From a virus (taxonomy: Duplodnaviria > Caudoviricetes): a DNA stretch of 64,000 bases. The translations under genes and the position numbers were made by a program. The stretch is taken from the IMG/VR virus record IMGVR_UViG_2728369139_000007, positions 765 through 64,764 of that record; one strand, 5' to 3'. Under the pieces are notes generated by a model. That model did not search any database. It was not told the DNA's origin and saw only the letters and a program-made list of their open reading frames with translations. The number at the start of each line of letters is the position of its first letter. Within the stretch, counting starts at the first letter, position 1. This document shows, in pieces, positions 1 through 9,516 of this stretch.

Positions 1-201
1 ACCAATTAAAATAACGAATTAATAGTCTTTACACATTTCAAAGAGTACCTTTCTCCCATGGTGCTCTTTTTATCTCCTCTTGTTACAAAATAAAATTCAG
101 GTTACTTCTACCCCGCATAACATTTCCAATCCCGTTTATACTATAGCTGTAACTTTAAGTTACATATCTGTACTTGTAGGGCCTAGTTTCTTTTGTACAA
201 C

Positions 202-231
202 AAGTGGTTAGCTAGTTAAGCTGACCACTTT
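202..231 (+). terminator. Hairpin closing a putative small-RNA cassette
   Basis: aagtggttagc-tagttaa-gctgaccactt inverted repeat. Confidence 0.55.
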
Positions 232-254
232 GTTGTGTCAAATAACTATTTTGT

Positions 255-683
255 TTAGTTTTCTAATAAACTCACACGTTGCAAGTACCTAACTAAGAAG
301 TAACCGCTAAATCCTTCTAAAAACACCACTTGTGAGCCGTTACTTGCTTTGAATTGATCTGTTCGACAAGTCCAAATTTTACCGTTATAGTGATCCGCTT
401 CTCCGCATGTATGCATCACTACTTTGTCGCCTATTTTTAATTCATCAACTACACCGAAAGCCATTTGATACGCTTCTTTGTATTTACGTTTTATAAAATC
501 AACTTGTTTCCACGTTCTAACGTTTCCAAAGCGCCCTTTCATGTAATTTATACAAACATGATCTATATCTTCTGGAGGGCTGGGAAAGTAAGTGGATGAT
601 TGCTTACCTCCACTCGTTGTATATGTCATCTCTACGCCACCATTTTCATTCTTTATCATTTCAAATGTAGGTTTCATTTCCAT
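255..683 (-). CDS. Hypothetical phage accessory protein (cassette)
   Basis: 142-aa ORF with AAGGGGA RBS; bounded by cassette repeats at 239 and 698. Confidence 0.75.
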   Translation of the reverse strand: MEMKPTFEMIKNENGGVEMTYTTSGGKQSSTYFPSPPEDIDHVCINYMKGRFGNVRTWKQVDFIKRKYKEAYQMAFGVVDELKIGDKVVMHTCGEADHYNGKIWTCRTDQFKASNGSQVVFLEGFSGYFLVRYLQRVSLLEN

Positions 684-713
684 TCCCCTTTTCGATTAAA
701 ATAACGCTTTGGT

Positions 714-875
714 TTAGTTTTCAATGATTAGATTAATAGCTCCAGCTTGATCTAAATTTATTAATAAACTCTCTGCTACTTTCTTTGTAATCGTATTAGT
801 AGCAAATGCAATTTCCTTACCATCTACAGTAATTCTAGCTTTATTTTCGATGTATTCGATTTTCACATCTTTCAT
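714..875 (-). CDS. Small hypothetical protein, 53 aa (MKDVKIEYIENKARITVDG...LIIEN), not in ORF track
   Basis: Translated by hand; AAGGAG RBS; stop lies inside the cassette repeat. Confidence 0.7.
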   Translation of the reverse strand: MKDVKIEYIENKARITVDGKEIAFATNTITKKVAESLLINLDQAGAINLIIEN

Positions 876-902
876 ATTTCACATCTCCTTTTTATACAAA
901 AT

Positions 903-1064
903 TCAAATTTGATAGTATTTTGGTTTAGCACCGTGCACTATAGCAGCACGATATAAAAAATTTCTAACAATATACAAAGCTTCATGTTCATCCTTTGCAT
1001 TTATATCTACATTTAGCGTCCCTTCCATTGGCGGTAGTTCATAAGTAACAACAAATGTATACAT
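903..1064 (-). CDS. Small hypothetical protein (MYTFVVTYELPP...)
   Basis: ORF track 903..1136; start trimmed to the ATG just after the dUTPase stop. Confidence 0.55.
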   Translation of the reverse strand: MYTFVVTYELPPMEGTLNVDINAKDEHEALYIVRNFLYRAAIVHGAKPKYYQI

Positions 1065-1065
1065 A

Positions 1066-1647
1066 TCAATATCCGCTCGCTTGGCGTTCAAAGTTTTCCT
1101 TATTCTTCTCCTTGTAGGCCTGTACAACATCTTCAAATTTATAACCGTATAAATAGCAAAGACGGAAGAAAATACCGAACGCTTTATGTAAATGAGTTAA
1201 TGCTACACTTAAATTTCTAAATTCACACCATGCACGTTTAGCTGATAATATATCCTGCATATACCATTCAAAAAGCCTGTTTACATTTAATATATTTTTC
1301 TTCATAATGTATTGTTTTGAAAAACCAGATACGAGTTTTCGTTTTAATGTATGACGATCTAATTCAATGACAATGTTCATTAAAAAGTGGAATCCATCAA
1401 CCAGCTCTTCCAACAATCCATCCTTTGGCGTTCCAAATCCTGTGCTCCACATTTTAAAGGCCCTTGTTTCGTTCCAGGCTTCACTAATTTCAACTATTAA
1501 CGCACGGAACAGCATATCTAACTTATCGTTACCCTTATATCCAATACGCTTATCTAGTTCTCTCTGCATCTCGAACAACTCTGTAATATCAAATGTTTGC
1601 TGCGTTTCTTCCGGAGTAATTTCATATAGGTTTGATGTGTGTCTCAT
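1066..1647 (-). CDS. dut: Dimeric all-alpha dUTPase (dUTPase_2 family)
   Basis: MQRELD, EISEAWNETRAFKMWS, EELVDGFHF and KNKENFERQ motifs. Confidence 0.85.
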   Translation of the reverse strand: MRHTSNLYEITPEETQQTFDITELFEMQRELDKRIGYKGNDKLDMLFRALIVEISEAWNETRAFKMWSTGFGTPKDGLLEELVDGFHFLMNIVIELDRHTLKRKLVSGFSKQYIMKKNILNVNRLFEWYMQDILSAKRAWCEFRNLSVALTHLHKAFGIFFRLCYLYGYKFEDVVQAYKEKNKENFERQASGY

Positions 1648-2132
1648 AGCGCATATGCCCCTTTACGATAATCTTTAATGATTTCACCTTTATCATTGAA
1701 GTAAACAATTTCCCAATGAGGATTAAATCTAAACTTGTGAGGATTATCATCCAGGACAACGAACAAATCGTTTTTGCAATTCCCGACGATCGTCCCTTTT
1801 CTTCCCTGCGCTTCGACACGCATTCCACGTTTTGCAAATGGGATTCTTCTAAAATTACACATTTTTCGAAACGGCTCTTCTTTACCAAATAAGGTTGCTA
1901 TATCAACTACACCTTTATATTCACAAGTGATAAATGGTTCAAACTGTTCGAATGGCATATTAATAAACCCTTGCTTTTTAATTTGTTTGTAAAAATGATA
2001 TTTCGCCATCTTTTCATTTTCTTTTACAACTATGTGATTACACCCCCAATGAGGAAATACAGTAGAAATGTGATACTTATATGTAGATTTCATCATTCTC
2101 CCTCCTGACTTGCTAATGAGACATTTGACCAA
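1644..2132 (-). CDS. Hypothetical phage protein
   Basis: ORF in early operon; true start probably MMKST after AGGAGG. Confidence 0.65.
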   Translation of the reverse strand: MVKCLISKSGGRMMKSTYKYHISTVFPHWGCNHIVVKENEKMAKYHFYKQIKKQGFINMPFEQFEPFITCEYKGVVDIATLFGKEEPFRKMCNFRRIPFAKRGMRVEAQGRKGTIVGNCKNDLFVVLDDNPHKFRFNPHWEIVYFNDKGEIIKDYRKGAYAL

Positions 2133-2515
2133 TCAAGAATGGGACTTTCTTCTACTCTTTCCTCTGGTTCTAATAAGAATCGTGCGGATTCATTGCAATT
2201 TGTACATGTAACCTGAATTTCTTTTTCTGTTGTTTGAACCATAACACCCTGGATCCCGTTGTCCTTTGTAGCAATAATAGGAAGTACTGCAGCATTCCCC
2301 ATTTCTTGCTCCGCTCTATCTAACTCTGCTGCTACATTCATTCCACAATTACATAAGATTTCAAATTTCATGATTCCATTCTCCTTTAACCGTTTTATGA
2401 TCGTTATAACGAGTAAGACCGCCAATTCTAGCTCGTCCAATTCCCACAATTGGCGGTCCTTTGTCCTATAACACTCTAAAGCTATTAACTTTCCAATCAA
2501 TTTTTCTCTACGCAA
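2093..2515 (-). CDS. FbpA-like N-terminus (DRQLWEL) fused to a Cys-containing hypothetical domain
   Basis: N-terminal motif resembles Fur-regulated basic protein; a second RBS before MKFEIL suggests an internal start. Confidence 0.5.
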   Translation of the reverse strand: MRREKLIGKLIALECYRTKDRQLWELDELELAVLLVITIIKRLKENGIMKFEILCNCGMNVAAELDRAEQEMGNAAVLPIIATKDNGIQGVMVQTTEKEIQVTCTNCNESARFLLEPEERVEESPILDWSNVSLASQEGE

Positions 2516-2577
2516 TTTCTTATTTCACCTTTTAAATTCCCAATATTCCAAAAACGTTTGATATACTTTTTACCAAT

Positions 2578-3045
2578 TCACCCAGCAGCATCTTCTGCAA
2601 AGAATAGTATTTCTAAATCCTGCGGTTTCACTTCGTATGATTCATCTGAATTATTTACTAGCACCGTTACAACACCTGTATCTTTATGTTGATGTCCTAC
2701 AGTTAAAACACGACTATCGTCACTAACGAAATCCCCCGAATGAAATTCATTGTTTCTTCTCTTTCGTTGAGCGAAGACTCTGCGGCGCTCTTCCAGATAT
2801 TGTTCATCTTCTGTTGCTAAACGGCAGTGATCTGCATATTCCCATCCTTTATCACCAACATTAGCTACACTGTGATTTCCCCAAACACCTAAAATCTTGA
2901 TACGGCCGTTTCTTCTATCAACTTCCATCGCTTTTACTTCTGCAAACATTGTGTAATCATTACACTCATACGCTACCCAATCACCTAGTTCAAATGGTGT
3001 TTTAATAAACTCTGGTACTGGTACAATAACTGCTACAATTTTCAT
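2578..3045 (-). CDS. Hypothetical phage protein
   Basis: 155-aa ORF, GGAGG RBS, coupled to upstream gene. Confidence 0.7.
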   Translation of the reverse strand: MKIVAVIVPVPEFIKTPFELGDWVAYECNDYTMFAEVKAMEVDRRNGRIKILGVWGNHSVANVGDKGWEYADHCRLATEDEQYLEERRRVFAQRKRRNNEFHSGDFVSDDSRVLTVGHQHKDTGVVTVLVNNSDESYEVKPQDLEILFFAEDAAG

Positions 3046-3047
3046 CT

Positions 3048-3437
3048 TTAACCCTCCAAATATTTAGTAACAAATTGTGGTTTAAATCCGCTATCAAAAT
3101 AGATTCGTAAAGGTTGTGGTTCCTGCGATTCCCTCGCTTCTTTGCAAATCTCTTCTGCTTCGTCCCAAAAGAAACTTTTATCCTGCGCTCGTTTATACCG
3201 CCATAACGCTGTTACATAGTCGATATACATGTCATAATGGTTATCTTGCCTAGTACCTGTAGAACGAGCAAGCTCTTCCGCACTCCATACATCACAAGGG
3301 ATAATGGCAAGTACATCAGCGAATCCTACGCGTCCTGGCAAGTGCTTTGCTTTGGCTTTTTCTATATCAAATGGTTGTGGATCTTCCTTCAAGGTATCAT
3401 CAAGCAAGAATGCCAGTTGCTCCGTCATGATGATCAC
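3048..3437 (-). CDS. Hypothetical phage protein
   Basis: ORF in early operon. Confidence 0.7.
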   Translation of the reverse strand: MIIMTEQLAFLLDDTLKEDPQPFDIEKAKAKHLPGRVGFADVLAIIPCDVWSAEELARSTGTRQDNHYDMYIDYVTALWRYKRAQDKSFFWDEAEEICKEARESQEPQPLRIYFDSGFKPQFVTKYLEG

Positions 3438-3897
3438 CTTCTTCTAACTGCAGCGTGTATACAAGACCTCTATCTAATAACGCACCGACAACTGCATTCA
3501 TCCATAAATGATTGCCAACCTTCCTCTGTAAATACTGTAAAATCCCAATGATCTCATTTGTAGAAAGAGATACGAATTCGCCTAACTTCTCCTGGTTAAA
3601 CTTCCCTCCACGTTTTTCGATTTCTAAGGATATTCCATTTTCTTTTACGTATTGCTCTGCCTTAACCAAATTAAATTCACGTACTTTATCTCTTCCGTAT
3701 CCTTTTGTAAGAAGCGTTAACATATCTTTAATTACTAATGTTTCAACTACTTTTAATTTCAGCTCCATTTCGCCACGACAAGACTTACAAAGCGTTTTCT
3801 CGCATCCCTCAATGTACATGTTTTTCACATCAGCAGTTGGGATTACCGCACTGCAGATATCACACCATTCACTATTATCGAACAACAAAACATTCAT
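3400..3897 (-). CDS. Hypothetical Zn-binding protein (CDIC...CKSC)
   Basis: Two CxxC motifs; GGGAG RBS. Confidence 0.7.
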   Translation of the reverse strand: MNVLLFDNSEWCDICSAVIPTADVKNMYIEGCEKTLCKSCRGEMELKLKVVETLVIKDMLTLLTKGYGRDKVREFNLVKAEQYVKENGISLEIEKRGGKFNQEKLGEFVSLSTNEIIGILQYLQRKVGNHLWMNAVVGALLDRGLVYTLQLEEGDHHDGATGILA

Positions 3898-3992
3898 TAC
3901 TTTCAGCTCCCTGCTTTATGATTTTTAATCAATCTATTTATCTCTATATTTTTATAAATACACTTATTTTTGGCCGCTAGTGCATTTACTGT

Positions 3993-4085
3993 GTTATAAT
4001 TGCAAATGTAAATTTATTTTTAAATCCAAATCTATATCTACCTTTAATTTTTTTGAGTATCCATTTTCACGATGGATCTTTTTTT
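3993..4085 (+). ncRNA. Putative short antisense transcript unit in the early operon
   Basis: Extended -10 TGTTATAAT near 3992-4000, then hairpin atccat...atggat plus T-run ending near 4085. Confidence 0.4.
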
Positions 4086-4416
4086 ATGCATTTTTTCTTA
4101 TTTGTTCTACTACTTTTGGGTTACCGCCTAGCGATTCCAGGCGATCTGCAACCTCGATAACCTTTTCTTTTTCATAATCTCTCTTTTGCTTTGCCTTATA
4201 TAATCCAATAAGTTCTTTTTCTGCTGCTGCAGCTTCTTCTTTTTGTTTATTGCTTAATTCTTTTAATTCCAATGCAGTTGTAACCTCACGATTGTTCATC
4301 GCTCTATTACTCTGTTGCTCTAACATTTTTTGATTCTTCATGTATTCTCGTAACTGCTGTTCTAAAGTCCCAGCTCTTTGTATATGCTCTGGAAGTACCC
4401 TATCGGCTAATCCCAT
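4084..4416 (-). CDS. Coiled-coil hypothetical protein
   Basis: 110-aa helical ORF, GAGGTG RBS. Confidence 0.7.
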   Translation of the reverse strand: MGLADRVLPEHIQRAGTLEQQLREYMKNQKMLEQQSNRAMNNREVTTALELKELSNKQKEEAAAAEKELIGLYKAKQKRDYEKEKVIEVADRLESLGGNPKVVEQIRKNA

Positions 4417-4479
4417 CTATTTCACCTCAATTCCAGCCACACCGTTTATAGGTGCAGCTGAAAGTTATATAAATTGCTA

Positions 4480-5184
4480 TTACGCAATGATAAATACTTT
4501 TTTGTTTTCAATTTCTTCTGCTAGTTTCTCAACCAGGTACTTTTTGATGTTTTCAATTGCTTCTAATTTCCAAGCACCACCATCCGCTTCAAACAATGCA
4601 CATTTCGGGCCGCTCTGCATTCTAAATACAAATGGGCTTTCTGGTTGTTCAACTTCAACAAAAGTACGATAAGGCTTTAACATCACTGGATTTGGTACTA
4701 CTGCATTTGCTCTTGAAGCACCTGTTTGTACTACTGCTGTTTGCGAAACACCATCATCTTTATATGTATTAATTGTTTCGTCTCTCACATTACCTACGAC
4801 TTTTAACATGGCTTCGCAATCATCGTTCCTAACAAATGCAGACTGCAAGCTGATATTAAAGTTTTCCGGATCATGAAATCTCTCAAAAGAAAATTGCGGT
4901 GTAAGAGCTTTAGCTTCCATAAAGATACTACGGTTAAAATCATTATTAACTTTCGTTAAGCATGAAACATTTTTAGGATTTTCAACATGAATCATTAAAG
5001 GATGGTCTCCATCAAACTCTGATTTGATGTAATCTACTAAACCAGAAAGACTGTTGACTGTAATCCCTACTGCTGTTGGTTCCTTTACTGCATATAACGG
5101 TTGAGTAGAATATGGACGATCATTAACCTTTTCAATTCTTACTCCCGCTGTTTCTAATAAGTACTCCATTGCTTGTTTAATCAT
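4480..5184 (-). CDS. Conserved Firmicute phage protein
   Basis: VPNPVMLKPYRTFVEVEQPES...LFEADGGAWK motif typical of this phage gene pair. Confidence 0.75.
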   Translation of the reverse strand: MIKQAMEYLLETAGVRIEKVNDRPYSTQPLYAVKEPTAVGITVNSLSGLVDYIKSEFDGDHPLMIHVENPKNVSCLTKVNNDFNRSIFMEAKALTPQFSFERFHDPENFNISLQSAFVRNDDCEAMLKVVGNVRDETINTYKDDGVSQTAVVQTGASRANAVVPNPVMLKPYRTFVEVEQPESPFVFRMQSGPKCALFEADGGAWKLEAIENIKKYLVEKLAEEIENKKVFIIA

Positions 5185-5209
5185 TTTTACATTTCCCCTT
5201 TACGATTTA

Positions 5210-5617
5210 TTAGTTAGATTTTGTTTTACGGAAATCTACGACTCCATTTTCTGTTGGAGCTTCCTCTGTTTTTACCTTTTCACCTACATCGTTAGCAACA
5301 TCCCCCTCAAGGTCGATGAAGTATTGACCTTTTATACCAGAAGCGAGTTCTTGCCCAACAACTTGTCCATGATGATCACGGCCCATAAGAATTCTTGATC
5401 CCACTTCTATAGTTGGCGCTAACTTAGATTTTGCTTGCACCTGGCAATCCCAAACTTCACGTTTTTTATCGCCAGTAATTGAAAGAGTTAATGTAATTGT
5501 TCGTGGTTTCTTTGGATCTGTATTAGGATCTGCCATATTTTCTAAAACTCTTTCGAATTCCGCATCAAACCTTTCTGCAACTGCACCATCTGCGAAACTA
5601 TTTAAATCTATTGCCAT
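5210..5617 (-). CDS. Conserved phage protein (often annotated as replication-terminator-like)
   Basis: GAVAERF...NMADPNTDPKKPRTITL motif; usual partner of 4480..5184. Confidence 0.7.
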   Translation of the reverse strand: MAIDLNSFADGAVAERFDAEFERVLENMADPNTDPKKPRTITLTLSITGDKKREVWDCQVQAKSKLAPTIEVGSRILMGRDHHGQVVGQELASGIKGQYFIDLEGDVANDVGEKVKTEEAPTENGVVDFRKTKSN

Positions 5618-5650
5618 TTGTAAAACCTCCCTGTAGCATTAATTAGTTTT

Positions 5651-6367
5651 TTATACTAAACGTGGACGCCAAACTTTTATGTAATCTATTACTTCATCAA
5701 AATCCTTCTGGCGTACATTGTGATAACTATTTACAGCAAACCTTTCGTATATATCCTTCCAAAGCGCAGAGAATACTTTTCTTCGGGTATCATGAATATT
5801 TCTATTGATAATTCCATCATCCCAAACTTTATAAACTCTACGATTAACAGCGTTTCTAATAGCTGTTTGTTGGCTGTAATCAACTGTCATTCGTTCGTTA
5901 ATATCACCTTTTATTTGTTCTACATCCGTTTTTAACTGTTTTAAGTCTTCTTCATGCTGTAACCCTAACTGCATGGTCGCTAAAAACTGTTCTCTTGATG
6001 ATGGTCTTTTCTTTTGAAGATGTTCTTTCATACGCTTGAATTCTTCGATGAACTTCACTTTCATTTTCATTGCTTCAATAGTGTTATATGAAAACATCAA
6101 TATAGTGAATGCGTCCTCCGTCATATCCATCTTCTGCAAAGTCCGTCCCGTGGAGTCTTTATAGAAGCTAAGTCCAAAATTGGACTCAGTAAATTCTTCT
6201 TCTTTTGCGTTCTCTAATTTTTCCATTTGAACTTTTATATCTCTTAAAACATGTTTGTGTTGTTTCCCTAGAACATCAGCTACTGTTAAACTGTCCGTTA
6301 CAACTTCGTTACCTTTTGCGAAAACAAACTCACTAAATGGTTGTTGAACCACTTGTAATTGACTCAT
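5651..6367 (-). CDS. Rha-family antirepressor with C-terminal ORF6C-like domain
   Basis: TDSLTVADVLGKQHKHVLRDI; C-terminal FAVNSYHNVRQKDFDEVIDYI. Confidence 0.85.
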   Translation of the reverse strand: MSQLQVVQQPFSEFVFAKGNEVVTDSLTVADVLGKQHKHVLRDIKVQMEKLENAKEEEFTESNFGLSFYKDSTGRTLQKMDMTEDAFTILMFSYNTIEAMKMKVKFIEEFKRMKEHLQKKRPSSREQFLATMQLGLQHEEDLKQLKTDVEQIKGDINERMTVDYSQQTAIRNAVNRRVYKVWDDGIINRNIHDTRRKVFSALWKDIYERFAVNSYHNVRQKDFDEVIDYIKVWRPRLV

Positions 6368-6370
6368 TTT

Positions 6371-6565
6371 TTATGAAACCTCCTTCATGTCTAAAATTTT
6401 TATGATTTTCACTCTGACACTCTTCGCTTCACGTTTATCTCGAAGAATATCCGATAAATAAGCACCTGATATTCCAAGCAGCTTTGCTAATTCTTTTTGT
6501 TGCATATTTTTAGCGAATAGCGTTGCTCGAACTTTCATGCCAAATTCATTCCTCATTCTATCCAC
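6371..6565 (-). CDS. Cro-like XRE HTH regulator
   Basis: QKELAKLLGISGAYLSDIL; divergent from the repressor. Confidence 0.8.
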   Translation of the reverse strand: MDRMRNEFGMKVRATLFAKNMQQKELAKLLGISGAYLSDILRDKREAKSVRVKIIKILDMKEVS

Positions 6566-6603
6566 CTCTTTTTTAGAAAATAAGCTAATTATTCAGCTTA
6601 TTA

Positions 6604-6796
6604 TTGACACTTTCTAACTTATAGGTTAATATTTAAACATAGCTAAATAAACATACATATATTGCCTTTGTACGTTGGGGAACGTGGTTGCTGGCTTTAT
6701 ATTGGTTTTGTTTAAAAGGCTAAATAAATAGCTTATGGACACATATTACTACCTTATAGGTTAGATGTCAATAGGAATGCCTTACTTTTAGGTAAG
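6604..6796. promoter_or_regulatory. Face-to-face sigma-A promoters with three copies of a palindromic operator
   Basis: + TTGACA(6604)-17-TAATAT(6627); - TTGACA(6771)-17-TAATAT(6748); operator copies ctaacttataggttaa, taccttataggttag and cttacttttaggtaag. Confidence 0.7.
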
Positions 6797-6818
6797 ATGT
6801 GTTCTCGCGTTAAAGGGA

Positions 6819-7265
6819 ATGATATATATGACTTTATTTGAAAGAGTTAAAGAATTGGCCGATAACCAAGGTCTTTCCATAGCTGAATTAGAAAGGAAAT
6901 TAGGATTGAGTCCAAACATTCTATATAAGCTAAAAAAACAAAAACCTTCAATTGACAGAGTCGAAGCACTAGCACAATACTTTAATGTTTCAATTGATTA
7001 TCTACTAGGAAGAACGGAACAAAAAAATAAGGTTCTTATTAAAGATGCAGAAGGTTTTACTGAAAAAGATAAAAAAGATATCGGAAAAAGAATGGAAGAG
7101 ATAAGAAAAGATCTAACGGACTCTGACGGACTAATGTTTTCTGGCGAACCCCTTACCGAAGAAGCTCTAGATTCATTAATGGATGCAATGGAGTATATTG
7201 TGAAACATACTCAAAAGATAAATAAAAAATACATCCCGAAAAAATACAGAAAAGAATCAGAGTGA
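6819..7265 (+). CDS. ImmR-like XRE phage repressor
   Basis: HTH SIAELERKLGLS...FNVSIDYLLGR; followed by an ImmA-like gene. Confidence 0.85.
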   Translation: MIYMTLFERVKELADNQGLSIAELERKLGLSPNILYKLKKQKPSIDRVEALAQYFNVSIDYLLGRTEQKNKVLIKDAEGFTEKDKKDIGKRMEEIRKDLTDSDGLMFSGEPLTEEALDSLMDAMEYIVKHTQKINKKYIPKKYRKESE

Positions 7266-7283
7266 GTCAGGGGGGGAAATCAA

Positions 7284-7742
7284 TTGGGTTACTATGAAAA
7301 AGACACAGCATTAGAACTAGCAGCGAGATTTAATACAACCAACCCTTTTGAAATAGCTGAACGTTTAAATGTTCACGTTTTTTATCAAAATTTAGATCCA
7401 AGCATCATGGGTTTTTATAAATATAATAAGAAAAACCAGTATATCTGCATTAACGAAAATTTAAGCATCAACGAACAAATTGTTACTTGCTCCCATGAAT
7501 TGGGCCATTGTAAAATGCATAAACATGTCAATACTCCGTTTTTACGTGCTAATACATTTTTATCTGTAGATAAATTTGAAAGACAAGCTAATTTATTTGC
7601 AGTTGAGTTATTACTGCCTGATGAGGATTGGCATGCATATGCAGAAGAGTTTAAAACAATTGATGCCATATCCCATCATACGGGAATCCCAAAAGAATTG
7701 TTATTACTTAAACATCAAAAACTATTATGTAGTTGCAATTAG
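7284..7742 (+). CDS. immA: ImmA/IrrE-family metallo-endopeptidase (anti-repressor)
   Basis: HELGH (HExxH) and ERQANLFAVELL. Confidence 0.9.
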   Translation: MGYYEKDTALELAARFNTTNPFEIAERLNVHVFYQNLDPSIMGFYKYNKKNQYICINENLSINEQIVTCSHELGHCKMHKHVNTPFLRANTFLSVDKFERQANLFAVELLLPDEDWHAYAEEFKTIDAISHHTGIPKELLLLKHQKLLCSCN

Positions 7743-7773
7743 TCCTCCCTGGGCTTTTATTTTTAAGTATAAA

Positions 7774-7787
7774 AGAACATACATTCC
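7774..7787 (+). promoter_or_regulatory. Putative LexA (Cheo) box
   Basis: AGAACATACATTCC, one mismatch to GAAC-N4-GTTC, upstream of the 7809 ORF. Confidence 0.5.
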
Positions 7788-7808
7788 CTAAAAGAAAGGA
7801 TTACCAAA

Positions 7809-7997
7809 ATGATTATCCACTTAGATGATTTCAGAAAAGCAAAGAAATTAAACAAAATAAACTCTATTCAAATGACTAAAATCCCTATTTTCGAACGTAT
7901 TTTTGTTGAGGATAATGAATTAATCGGAGAATTAAAAGATAGCAAAGAAAAGGTTATCATTGAACATTTAGAGCAAAAAGATAGAAGTACTTTTTAA
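7809..7997 (+). CDS. Small hypothetical protein, possibly SOS-induced
   Basis: 62 aa, AAAGGA RBS. Confidence 0.65.
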   Translation: MIIHLDDFRKAKKLNKINSIQMTKIPIFERIFVEDNELIGELKDSKEKVIIEHLEQKDRSTF

Positions 7998-8121
7998 CTT
8001 AATATAAAAAACATTATCCCTTTTTCATTTACCATATTTCACGATATATGAGGATATTAGGATTGAATATTTGTTATACTTAATTAGAGATCTACTATTT
8101 CCATAGAGAGGATATGAAATT

Positions 8122-8715
8122 ATGGGATTTAAATTTCGTAAAAGTATTAAAGTTGCGCCTGGCGTAAAAGTGAATGTTACTCACAAAGGCGTCGGGGTAA
8201 GTGCAGGGGTTAAAGGTGCTCGTATAAGCACTGGTCCTTCTGGATCACGAATAACTACTTCTTTACCTGGAACCGGAATTTCATATGAACAACGCATAGG
8301 TAAAAAGAAAGGTTCAAAACAAGGAACGGACACTACTACTAAGCATGCGGTACCTTCGTCCTCAGCATCAAATAAACAATTACAAACTAGGGTTAAATCA
8401 TCCCATCCTAAAAGAGAATTTAAAACTTTCAAAGTTACTCCTATCCTTTTAAAAGATAGTAAAACAAACTCTAGAGGTAGAAGACTAATGAAGCCACTTT
8501 CTATTATTACGGGAATATGTGCAGTGTTATTTTTACTAATGCTACTTATTGTTCCCGCTTCGATATTAGCTTTTATCTCTTGTTTATGCTACATAAATAT
8601 TAAAACCCCAAACGTAGCAACATGTCCTAATTGCAACTGCACTAATGTATTAATATCTAGAGAAAAAAAGATCACTTGCCGTAATTGCAAAAGTACTCTT
8701 CTTATACAAAAATAA
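8122..8715 (+). CDS. DUF4236-domain membrane protein with C-terminal Zn ribbon
   Basis: MGFKFRKSIKVAPGVKVN...PGTGISY; hydrophobic helix; CPNC...CRNC. Confidence 0.8.
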   Translation: MGFKFRKSIKVAPGVKVNVTHKGVGVSAGVKGARISTGPSGSRITTSLPGTGISYEQRIGKKKGSKQGTDTTTKHAVPSSSASNKQLQTRVKSSHPKREFKTFKVTPILLKDSKTNSRGRRLMKPLSIITGICAVLFLLMLLIVPASILAFISCLCYINIKTPNVATCPNCNCTNVLISREKKITCRNCKSTLLIQK

Positions 8716-8832
8716 AAGGCGCTCATATGAACGTCTTTTTTTATTTTCGTTTCGACAATATATGACAATATATAGATAAATAATTTGTTATTATGTCTAA
8801 GGATTTATTTACATTAGGAGGAATGAACAATT

Positions 8833-9261
8833 ATGTTTAAAAGATTTGCAGTATTACTTATGGGTGCCCTATTATTATTCGGTTTAACTGCTTGTGACAG
8901 CGTTAAATCAATGACAAGTAACGTTACAGTCGGTAAGGTAATTGATGAATTTAAAGCTGCAGGATTAGAAGCTGAAAATCCTAGTGACCTACCAGAAAAA
9001 GAATTTGGGAATACTAGAAAAGAAGCAAAACGCATTCTTGTACCAGCATTAGGTGAAGATAGTGGTGGTAGAGTATTTGAGTTTAAAAATAAAGAAGATC
9101 TTGAAAAAGCTAAGAAGTACTATGATGATTTAGGTAACGGTAATCAAATGCTATTCTCTCATACTTACGCAAAAGGTAACTTCCTAATTCAAATGAATGG
9201 TGATATGGAAGATGCCCAATTTAACAAATATAAAGAAGTTATGGACAAAGTAATTAAGTAA
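8833..9261 (+). CDS. Lipoprotein (possible superinfection exclusion)
   Basis: Signal peptide with lipobox LTAC. Confidence 0.75.
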   Translation: MFKRFAVLLMGALLLFGLTACDSVKSMTSNVTVGKVIDEFKAAGLEAENPSDLPEKEFGNTRKEAKRILVPALGEDSGGRVFEFKNKEDLEKAKKYYDDLGNGNQMLFSHTYAKGNFLIQMNGDMEDAQFNKYKEVMDKVIK

Positions 9262-9297
9262 GTTAAAGAATCCGCTTTCATTTTTCAGAAAATGAGT

Positions 9298-9396
9298 TAT
9301 AATTATTATTGGACGAAAGTTCGCATATATATTATTAAAATTGAAGTGGTTATCAAGTCGAAGAACGGCACTCATTTGAGTGTCTTTTCTTTTTTC
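9298..9396 (+). ncRNA. Putative small RNA
   Basis: TATAAT at 9298, no ORF, terminator ggcactc-attt-gagtgtc plus T-run. Confidence 0.4.
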
Positions 9397-9516
9397 TGAT
9401 TATTTGTTATGATATGACTAGAGTATGACTTCTAACTGAATTGCATAAAATAAAAGAAGAGATGCGCTAACATCTCTTCCAGTAACTGCTACCGCAAGGT
9501 GGCTGGTTGCTAATAG

